Assembly: GCA_012026655.1 (NCBI GenBank)
Contig: JAAILG010001336.1
Location: 1 to 64,000 of the forward strand
Direction: 5' to 3'
Origin: Hydrolagus affinis
Lineage: Eukaryota
Length of the DNA stretch: 64,000 nt
The notes beneath the pieces were generated by a model that was given only the letters and a program-made list of their open reading frames with translations, did no database searches and was not told the DNA's origin. Shown in pieces: positions 52,760 through 64,000 of the stretch (its first letter is position 1; the number at the start of each line of letters is the position of its first letter). A program made the position numbers and the translations under genes.

Positions 52760-55700
52760 AATATTTTCCCAAATTAGGTAAGTAGAATACCTCCCCCCAG
52801 GGAGAGAGTGTAGCCCCATTCCAATAAACATTCCTGGAATTTCCATGTTAAGGTGGAATGCATGGAACTCTATTTGGTTTGTATACTCCTAAGCATGGTG
52901 ATGGGCTTCCGTAATGGTCAGACCCCTGGGCGACCAAAAAACAATCTACTAAAGAAAACCAGTATTGTACACCATTCTGCCATCCAACTATACGCCTTGA
53001 GTTAGCCTACCATTTGTAATTACTTTCTACAATTTATGCATTATCCTCTATATTGCTGAATTGGGCAACATCTCCTACAAAATCTTCTACAGTATGCTCT
53101 TTCATTCAAATGCATAGTTAATGTAAACTTCATGCAAACCGCTTGATATCTATCAAACATAATCCACTTGAGGTTTGAATTATGATTTCATTCCAAATTA
53201 CCTTTCAAGACACACAAGATTGTGGAAAAAATTTAAGATTTTTGTGCACCATTAATCCCAGAAATAGACATGGGTTTAAGCAGAGATTATCTATCACAGC
53301 ACCATGCTTTAGAAACATTCAGTTACTTTGAGGCCTCTATTTAGACCCTCGCATGCCATCTGGTAACTCTTCCTATTCATTACTTTGTCAAGTCTGAGGA
53401 GCGGAAGACAAGTTGTCAGATGAACAATAATAATGACAATAACCACAAGGAGATAGTACATTTCTGATTAGTTCAGCATTTGCTACTGTTGCTCAAAGTA
53501 AAATGGACATTTAGTTGTATGAAGGGAGTTATTTTACCTAGGACTTCATTCTTAGAAGGAATGTTCTGAATTTTGACGGGTGTTTCTGGCCAGGGTTTAA
53601 GCTGGCTAATACTGTGCGGTAGTTTGATGCTCCATTGGGGTTCAAGAGTGAGAAGGAGAAAGGTTGCATTAGTTGCTTGCCACAGTTGAGCTGTGCTTGC
53701 TGGAAAACATCAATAGAGGCTTATAGGGAATGTGTCATCCATGCAGTCCAAATCCGGCTGTATTTGTGCATTTGCTTCTTGTGCCTGTCTTGGCACCTGC
53801 AACCATACAAAATCTTAATAGATAGTTAGAGTGTAAACCACTTTTGTCAGATGTCACATGTGGTTCTAATTAATTATTGTAATTGTTTTAAAGTACATGT
53901 TTTGAGATGCAGTTTAAATGTTATTAACTCTTAAACTGCTGCAGCAATAGTCAGACCCTGGCTGACTCATGGGGATTGATAAATAGTTTCCCACACGAAG
54001 GTTTCATCTTCCTGAGGATTTGTACTCTTCCATTGATTACAGCTTCTTTCTGCCTGGAAAAAATTCTAAAACCAAGTTTATTATAACAACAATTCTGACA
54101 CAATTGTTCATTATGCAGGAAAAGGGGCTAAAGATTAAAGTACAGTACTATACAATGTATTTGATATTTCACAAAGCTGAGAAAAGGCAGGGTTTGAAGA
54201 ATGCTGATCAAAAAATGGTTAAGGACAGAGGTTTTTTTTTTAGTGAGGGGTTTGAAAGTATGTAGAAGCTGATTAATATGTGCAATAACAATCCATGCAT
54301 TTGATATAGCTACATTATCAGATTGTATAAAAGCTCTTCACATGGTTTATTATAAGTTGCAATGATTGTATATTTGTAGGTGAATATAAATGTAATTTAG
54401 TTGTTATTCTTGAACGTGGCAGCCAACTTGTGCACAACAATCTCCTACAAACTGCCATGAAGTGAAAGACCAATTTTATCCGGGGGTTTGTTGGCCAGGA
54501 TACCTGGAGAAAAACAATGTGTTGTAATAATGTACAGTACAGTGAATATGCTTGCTGAATCAGTAACTGTGGGCATTTTACAAGGAAACAATAACAGAGA
54601 TGGTTTTATTTTTAGGTTCCAGGAAGCCTATACACAATGACAAATGAACAAAAGCTGAACAGTGAATTACTGAGCTTGCTTCACTGATTATTGTCACTTG
54701 GAGAATTATAACCTCCTACCCTTTCTATTAAAAATCAGTACATTATTTCCTCTAGAAACTGTGTTTTGGTTTCAAGATACATTGTTATTTTAAAAGAACT
54801 GGGTGATAAGGATGACCTTTGAATTTAAAGTGTCTTCAACCTGTATTTATTTTCTATTATTTCTGGACACAAACACTGATATATATATATACATGTATAT
54901 CTATATAGCCTATTCCTCAGTGAGCTTTATTATACCAGTATCATCTGTGATTGAGTTTTTAATGAAATACTGCAAGGCACTGCAACAGAAAAACATCTTA
55001 TTTTAGTGAAAGATGTTTTATTTCTGCCATTTGAATGTACAAGGACGTTTACCCTGATTGTTTTCAGTGACAGGAATAACTCTGACTGAAATTTTGGATG
55101 AAATTATGGATGAAATTTTCATTTCAGACTGACTTTCTATCTTTAATTATATCACATTATGTACAATTCATCTTTAATTGTGTTATTTTGTGTCAACTCA
55201 CGTTGTCAAGCTAGATATGCATTATTCACTAAGATACTGTCCTGATCAACAAATTATACGCCCCAAAATGATTATTCCAAACATAGCATAAGGAAAATTA
55301 ATCAATTATCTACACAATTAGAGTGCCAGATGTTAATATTTTTAGACTCTATATGCAGAGTCTAATTGTTTGTTATATAATATTAAACTGCTTCCAGACA
55401 TAATTTTAAAATTCATTTGATAGTTTTAGTTGACTACATCTTCAATTATTTCAACAGAAGAGTAACATCTGAATATCCGAAGTTGAATATTGAATATATT
55501 GCATACATTTGACTTATACAAGTAATAATAATACAGTAATAATCTTTGCATTTGATATACTGTAAAGTGAATTGACTGTATACTTATGGGAGAATTAAAA
55601 TACTGATGCCTGAATTAAAAAAAATCAAAGAAATAACATAACATATCTTTGAAATTGAATTGCAAGGGAAATCAAACTGCAGTAGCGTTTTGCCATGGTA

Positions 55701-58599
55701 TGTGCAGGAAATTCAAGTGGTTTAACACAGTCCAGTCATGTGAAGTGCTTAGCATGGTGCACAAGTGCTTGGAACAGATCCTGCAGATCACATATGAGTC
55801 CCCCACTTTGTATGTCAGTCTACATTTCCTCATTAATTATTTATTAACAGAAATAAGTGCTTCAGAAGATTTCTTTAAAAATATTCTTGAAGCTGAATGT
55901 TCCAGTTTGGGTTGCCATTGGAAACAAGATGCATTTTATAGTCTTGACAATTTCCAACCCTAATAGTGTTTCTACCAACAATACATTAAAGAAATTCTGA
56001 TTAGTTAGGAGTGTCACGAATATCATGCAAGATAACATATATGGAATATTATGTTTTGTATTGTTTTATTATGAGTGGCAGATGTCATTGGCAAACCACA
56101 GCAACTCTCCCACTATCAAATATAAATTATGCGTGTTTGACATTTCTGCACATTGCACATTCAATGTACAGTAAATTGCTTTCCTAATTTCTCTTTACAA
56201 TGCACCTTTATGGAAAATCTGTGATGTAAGAGTTTTGAAAACACAAAAGTTAATAAGGCACAGCCCCATGGATAATGAAACACTTTGAACATATTTAAGC
56301 GCTTGATACGTTACCTGCGTGAAGGGCGCAAATTAAATATGAGTTGTTCATATTGAATAATTGATTTTCTGCCAACAAAGGAACTGCCAACAGTCAAGTG
56401 ATTAACTCAAGGATAGATTCTAAAAGTTAGTTCACAAAGTTAAGTTAACAAGTTAGTTAGCAGGCTTTATTGCCTTGAAAGATGATTAATACATAGTTTA
56501 TATAAGCATTATTTATAGATGCTTCTGGAAAGAAAAATGGTTTTATCATTGAGAAATTTTAGCATAAGTGTTTGCATTCATTGTTATATACAGTAAAATG
56601 AATCTGGCAACATATCAGTGTTGTGTTCCTGCTGCCTGCCTTTCTCTAGTACTGTATTCATTGCTGGACTGTGCTTTAAGAAAATCCTCAGTAGATACAT
56701 ATGTGACATTGTTGAAATGAGGAAGATTGACTCCGACTTAGCTTGGCAACCACATTGAATTTTAATCGTGCACTCCTGGCTTGCAACAAGGGTGTGTATA
56801 TGGCATAACTGATGGGTTGACATACTGTGAAGAATACAAGATAAAAGCAGACAAAGGGGGATGTGAAAGGATTCTCACCATTCTACACTTTTGATCAGCA
56901 GTATGTTTGTGTCCCTTGTGTGATCAAATGATAAATGGTTATTATAACTGGTTGCATGTGGCTTTACACACTGTACAGAAAATGATAAATACAGTACATC
57001 CTAAAGTATACATGTAAAGTGAGGACCCAAAAAAGTAAGATGAAAAGCAAAAAAAATTACTTGATACTGATAAAACTGATCATGTTGATAAAACTGGAAT
57101 GACGATAAGTTGAGAATTTACACCGGCTGCATTATACCAGCTAAAGAATAATAGGTTAGATTGGCTCAATTAGATGAACAATCAATGAATTGTCCTTTAC
57201 TCATATGCAAGTGCCTGGGTGACACAAATTGCAAGGAAAATTAGCCTATCTGCATTCTGCAAAATGGCTTATTTATACACTTAACAGAACAGACTTCTGT
57301 GGAAATTAACGGGGACACTTTTGAATTTAAAAAGGCCCAATACACTTGAAGTAGATGAAGAATTAACCTGAGTAGTATACCTTTAAGAAGAGTACATTAG
57401 ACCTGATAAAATATTATATAATGTAAATATTATTTTAGTAAACGGATATTTTTGTATAAATTGAATCCATTTTATATGCAATCCACAAGCACTACACAAC
57501 TGTACCCAGGGGATACGTTTCTTCATCTTTCAGTCTCTCACCATTTAGCCACTTCATGTAAAAGGAGCTTATTTGTATGTGATAAACAAATAGGAATTGT
57601 TTTCTATTCCATATCTATACAGTCAATTCACTTTACAATATAGTATGTGAAGTGCTTTGAGAAGTCTTGAAGGCATGATCAGGTGCTCTATCAAATGCAA
57701 GGATTATTATTATCTTTGGGCAGCATGGATAATTCCGGTAACATTCAAATGGTGTCTTACTTCACTTCAGGAATACTGTTTGGAAATGCATACTGTGACC
57801 ACATTCAATATGTCTGTTGTTTGGTATTATTTATTTTGCTTGGGAATGTGGAGTTTTGCTTTACTGATAAACTGTATCAAAGGTAGCAAATCATTATTTT
57901 ACCAGTGCTATAGTGGTGTCCCCCGACATTATTCCAGGGGATTTAGTCTAAGTAGGTTACATAACACAGTACAGTACTTAGTCTGTGCCAAACAACAGTT
58001 GTCTTGGTAACATCTGTGTATGGAAGTTAAGAGATAAAAGTGTGTGGGTGGGATGGGGAAGGGTGTGCAGAACTGTCCATATAAGAGACAAGCAGAATTA
58101 TATTAAATTGCTTGTAGCTAAGGGTGAAGATGAACATATAATCCCCACACATCGTCTGTTAATAATCTTGACAGAAGGCATTTCTGATTATGATATAATT
58201 TTCCTAGGAAATTACATTAACAGGATGCACATGTGTCCCATCTTAGAAGTAGCCACTACAATAAATGTAATACTGTACTATATAAAACTGATGTCGCCTT
58301 GAAAATTGTTTAAATGCAGTTGCTTTGCAAAAAAATTGTACATAAGCCTAGCCTCTTAATCACAGATGGCAAAATATGCAGATTCTAAATAAAAATAGAG
58401 ATCCGGATGCATATTAATAGGCACAGTTACATTCTATAATATGCAAATGATTGTGATTTATTATATTAATATTGTAAATGAAAGAGTCTTCTGGCTCTCA
58501 TTTTTTTCTAATTCAATTTATTATCAGCAGTGAATTTCTCTCAAACATGGTTGGATTTTCTGTTTTTTTTAGCTCCAGTTTTGAAAGAACTAGTGCAGC

Positions 58600-59190
58600 A
58601 GTGTATGTGAACTCAAGGCTCAACTTCGGAAACTCCCTCTTTGTCGGCCTCCCCAACTCTTCCCTCCACAAGCTGCAGTTCATTCAAACCTCTGCAGGTC
58701 GTATCCTCTCCCGCACCAGGCTCCGGACCCATCATTCCCACCCTTGCCTGGCTCCACTGGCTCCCCATCCCTCAGAGGATAGAATTCAAAATCCTTGTCC
58801 TCACTTTCTAGGCCCTCCATACCCTTGCCCCCTTCTACCTCTCTGACCTGCTGACCACCCCTATCAACCTGTCCGCTCCTTCCGTTCAGCAAGCTCCGGC
58901 GTGCTCCTTTCCTCCCATCCGACCCGCCCTACTATCGGTAACCGGGCTTTCAGTCTCTCTGCCCCCACTCTTTGAAACTCCATCCTAAAATCCCACCCCT
59001 TTGCTCCCTCCCTTGCCTCCTTCAAGGCCCAATTCAAGAACCTCCTTTTCCACTGTGCCTTCAGCCATCCCCTACCTCTCTGCGCTCCCTCATCCCAACC
59101 CTGCTCCCCCGTGCTCGATCCTGACCCCTGACTCAGCGCTTTAGGACATCCTCCTGATATGAAAGGCGCTCTACAAATGTAACTTGTTGT
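58600..59190 (+). mobile_element. L2 LINE 3' fragment
   Basis: SRLNFGNSLFVGLPNSSLHKLQFIQTSAGRIL (L2 RT C-terminus), frameshifted, ending in the gacatcctcctgatatgaaaggcgctctacaaatgtaacttgttgt tail. Confidence 0.9.
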
Positions 59191-62100
59191 ATGCTCCAAG
59201 TAACAACAAGCCCTAATACTTATAGTCCTGATATATTTTCCACAAAGTAGCAATTCTAAGACAGGAATAATATATGCACTCCAGGTGAAGTTAATCCAAA
59301 GAAACACAAGTCAAATGATAGACAGGACAGTAAATATTCTGGAACCGGTGGATATAAAGGTACGAAACTTGGAACTTCAGACTCAACAATCATTTTAAGG
59401 AGTCAAGTATAGATGCAAGCTATCAAAGTTGAGATTGTAAAAATAATACCATCTCTGGTGTGTTTTATAAATATAATACAATTTGTTCTGTACTCTCAAT
59501 ATGCTTACCGGTATTCTAATGACAATACCTCACTATCAACCTTTGTTGTTCAGTGTATTGGTACCCTGTCCAACTAGCCTTAGTATCTTATCTGTATTTC
59601 CACCTTCAGGCATATTTTGACCACAATATTAATATAATACTGTATTCCATGTGGGTTTCTCTATTCAGGAGAACATCTTCTCTACCGATATAGTATAACA
59701 TTGTGTGGATATGAATATTTTATGAATGATACATCATCTGTTAATAATTTGGATCCCCAAAACACAAAATAGCTTCATAATAGTTATCTGACTTCTGAAA
59801 TTGTGCTTGAAATTACCACATTAAAGTCTCCAGACACCACCTTAAAGATTCTGCCAAATGTGCTGCATCTGATTTCTGGTAAAGCTTTGGATTAATCAGT
59901 ATTTTTTTTACACTGGTTTATGTTCAAGGATCAACTGTTTGTTACAAATGCTTAGAACTTAATGTCCATTACCATGACAGATAAAAGAGATATAGCGATA
60001 CACATCATTGCACGCTTACAAAGCCTGCGAAATATGACATCTAACAGAGCATGGCATAGAGTGTGTCTTTCTGATTTACAGCCACTTTTTCTGCAGTTAT
60101 CCAGCTGTCTAGAACTTAACAAATACTTTTAACCATAGTTCCTCAGTAGTACAGACCAGCTTGTGATATTTAGACTTTTTTTTATAGTTATGGTTAGATA
60201 GGACGCCTGTATCTGGGGAAGTCACTCCAAAAAATTCTAATTAATTGGCTCATCTCTGTTTGCTAATGCAATTTAGCTCTCAATGTTTGCCTACCTACAT
60301 AATCTTCGCTTCATTTTTAATTGGTCTCATTTTCTGAAGTGCTTCAAGGTGTTCTTTTATGTGAAAGATGCTATATATATCTAAGTTGTTCTTTCTAACT
60401 GTTTGGCACTTCATTGAAAATTGAAAGGGGAAACATGTAGCCAGCTAACCTAGAAGACATTATAGAAGTATATGTATAATCATTGAAAATAACCCTCCAA
60501 GCATTAGTTTTCAACTTGGAATAAATATATTCTGGGAGATTCATTCAGTTTGATTATTCAATTTGAGTGAAAAAAGCCTTAAAATAGAATATGAATTGCA
60601 GAAATGACAGAACAGTTTAGACAATATGCATGATACAAGCTTGTCGCATTTTTACCAAATGGACAAGAACAGATTAACCAGATAGGAGCAGGGCTGGGAG
60701 ATAAGGTAGTGGCTTGAGTTCTGGTGTTTTCTCTGTTGATATGAAAAATCTTACTATCTGATGCCTCTGCATCGTGGACATAGAAATAAATGGGAAAAGT
60801 AGTTTTGTTTTCAGAAGTGGATACAGTATTTAGTACTGATATTCCATTCAAAGATCGAAGAGCTCGGTCCAAATGGTTGTGAAATGATTTTGATATTGTT
60901 CTCCTGCTAACTGACACCAGTGATATATACTGTTCATAAAACACGAGATGTCACTCTCTACTCCCCCAACTAAAGTGACTTAGTACTGTAATGAGCTCCA
61001 GAAAACCAGAGCTCCAGAGAAAGTTACCAGTTGTCTTGTAATGGGTTGATCTGGGTTAAGAAAAACAATCCGAGCAATTATGTTGCCATAGCAGCCATGG
61101 TAATCTAATTTATTTAAAGGTGTGGATGAAAGAATCAGTAGAACTATTTATATGTCAACCTGATGTACAATTACATTCCCCCCTCTTCCCCCTCCCAACC
61201 CCCTCCCCCCCCCCACTCACCCCCAAAAGCTCTACAATGTTCACATCATAAACATGGGCTTTCACGCAATGTTCGTTATGATTATTTGGAAAATATTTTT
61301 TAAATGATTATCGAAGGAAGAGAGTTTTTTTTATCTCTGCAAGATTATAAATTGATGAAATTTCATTCACAATTCCTAATTCTTCCCAAGCAGCACTGGT
61401 TCTATGTCATTGCAGAAATTGCAGTGGAAACATTAATATTACAGGTACACAGAGTCTGAGATTATGCATTTTACTCACATTGATGCTCATCTCGGACTGT
61501 AGTGTTGATCTTTCTGATCACGTTCCTGTTTTGAGGGAGATATCACTCTCTGGTCTGCAGCTAAGAGCAAATGATGTTGCTTTCATATCCCCTGGGTTTT
61601 AACACATCAATGGGGCATCGCTTTATAAGGAGACAAATAGAAATTCCAATAAGTTCCAGACAGCTACCATAAATTAGGCCTCGGTGTGAAGGTAGTATTA
61701 AAAGGATGAGTAACGGATAAGTTATTCTAACCTTGGTGAGGCCACTTGTAGAAGCACAAGGCAATTCTGGGACTTAGAATGATATTGATATCATTGCCTT
61801 GCGACATCCTCATGACGTGAATGGCGCTATACAAGTGTAATTTTGTTGTTGTTGTTGATATAAGTAGACTATTTGATTTAGAGTGAGAGCACAAGAAGGC
61901 AGAGGGTTGAACTAAAAAAGTTGAGCAGCGCTAATGATTAGAAAAAAATTATATCCATTAGTATTACTGGAATCATGTAACTTAACGTGCAATTACATTA
62001 ATTCCTGCAACAAAAATGGATAAGTAGCTTCTTGAGAACAGCTTTGGAGGCTACAGGGGTAGATTGAAGATAAATAAATAAATATTTAATAGGTCACTGT

Positions 62101-64000
62101 AGTGCTGGGGCGAGGAAAGGAAATGCAGTCTGTGAAGGGGTATAAAGGTCAGAGTTGAATAGTGGAAATATGGGGATGGAGCTATTACCTAATTATCTTT
62201 GGAGTCCAGAGAATATCTGTAAAATACATTCCTGGAAGACAATCTATGACAAGGTAGATTTAGCTTGAACGCAGAAATGGGTGTGATGGGTTATATGCTT
62301 TTTTCTGTAATATTTGTCAAATTCAGTGAAGGTAATGCTTTATTTAATTGAAATAAAAACGGTCTTAGAATGTCATTGGCTGTAATTGATGGAAATAGTG
62401 TAAATGAAATCAGGGAAAAGCAGAATGTTTCTCAGTGATGATGTTGAAAGTTAAGATGCGGCTACAGTTTGCATACTGAAATTTTGAGGTAGGCAAGTGA
62501 TGCTGGCAAATGGCTACTTTTAAATAGAGCATAATTGAAGGTCAAACTGGAACACAATGAGCACTTACAACCACTGAGAAAAACTACATAAATTGTAGCT
62601 GTTATTAAATGCATTGCGGTTGCAATCTAGTCAAGAAAATGATCTACTGTATAGTCTCCAATTGGTGCAATTTACTTGTTTTACTCAGACCATATTAAAG
62701 ACTGCAGGATACTGGAATGAAAATTTAAAGGGCATGATTTAAAAACAAACATATTGAAGCAATATCAATGCAATACATGCTTTTCTAAGCAGAATAAATG
62801 GCAAAAACAGGCTTCATTGCTGAGCAGCTAGCTCATGTGACACCATTTACTTTATTTATTCACTCACCTTGCATTTCATTATCACTTTCATTTTCCCACT
62901 AGAAAATCTATATTTTTCTCTTGCCTTTGGCAGTGTTTCTTCAGAAAATATTGTATCTTCTGCAGTAGATACCACATGAGATTCACAAAGCTATCTGAAT
63001 CATCATTCAGTTGTTGTGCTAAAGTTGTTTGAACTGTGGACGGAAAACATTAGGTTTACATATACATGAAACCATATCCTAACTTGTTTCATGTAGAACA
63101 TTTAAACCCAATTGAAACAATAGGACTTTTTGTTGGATCAATTTGCATAAGGTTATTTAGTCAACAACCAGAACAAATTAGGAATGCCACCTGATTTCCA
63201 TGCTGAAGGTCGTCAGTCATACTGAGATCACTTCCTGCACTAGGGCCATTTTTTTGTGGATTGGTTATAACAACACAGTACCTAATGGTTGAATTTGAGA
63301 CACCGCAGTACAATGCCTCTACATATGCTCTGAGGTATCACATAAGTCAATTTGTCTGCATGTATAACACCTCCTCTAGCCTTGTTTCTGTCCGCTTCAT
63401 TGTAGGTAACCTCTATGGGTGCTTCCTGCTAGCTTCTAGATGTCTCTTGGTGTATAATAGCTTATATTTTTGAAGAAAATTTTTGCTCGGTCATCGGTTG
63501 GTGTAGGCAAATCATTTAATGATCCTATAATTGTTTCTTTCATTTGATGTTCCCTGTGATATGCTTTACAGCCTAATGGTATTTTTGTGTAATCATTTCT
63601 CTTATATCACCAGTTGAAAATCTAATCTGCCATTTCAGTAGAGCATTGTCACTCAGTTTACCTTCAGAAAGAGAAAAAATAGAAATAATTGTGAATCACT
63701 TCAACACCCTCTTAATGTCTATTTTTACTCTTTGGGGAAAAAAAAGTTTTAGTTTAAAATGTATGTTCTATTGGAGCATTAGAGAAATTGCCATGGAGTT
63801 ACATAGTGTGAGGGAGTTGAATTGTCAGTTGCAATTGAAATGATGTGAAACAACAGAGAATCCTGGGCTGATCACTATAATGCACTCCTAACCAATTAAT
63901 TCAATGATAATAATATCAGCACTTACCAGCTGAAAAAATCAGAGAATTATATCATGATCTTTGCGATTCTTTTCAAAATTACTAATTAAACTCCCTTTCC

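Noticed and set aside
53000-64000. Search for exons of the next syntenic gene (TMX1)
   Set aside because: No thioredoxin-like exon or CpG island seen; only short AT-rich ORFs and TE debris

Overview
Vertebrate genomic DNA. Compact introns and CR1/L2 LINEs plus Deu-domain tRNA-SINEs suggest a cartilaginous fish such as a chimaera, but that is inference. The window holds two complete minus-strand genes whose exons I traced by hand with GT-AG boundaries: a 20-exon glycogen phosphorylase (PYGL by synteny; CDS 1652-14925, 838 aa) and a 10-exon TRIM9 E3 ligase (CDS 18379-46276, 707 aa). It also holds a probable terminal exon of ABHD12B on + (426-456), a 3'-truncated intronless UBE2D retrocopy about 3 kb upstream of TRIM9, many degraded LINE/SINE/MITE copies and one 100-N gap. 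About 14.5 kb at the right end has no recognisable exon. I see no clearly novel multi-gene system. The best leads are the UBE2D retrocopy beside its cognate E3, an expanded-spacer REST/RE1 site in PYGL intron 1, a 104-nt fold-back in the TRIM9 3'UTR, a divergent allosteric interface in PYGL, back-to-back polyA signals at 1222-1237 and an unclassified diverged repeat pair with a conserved hairpin.
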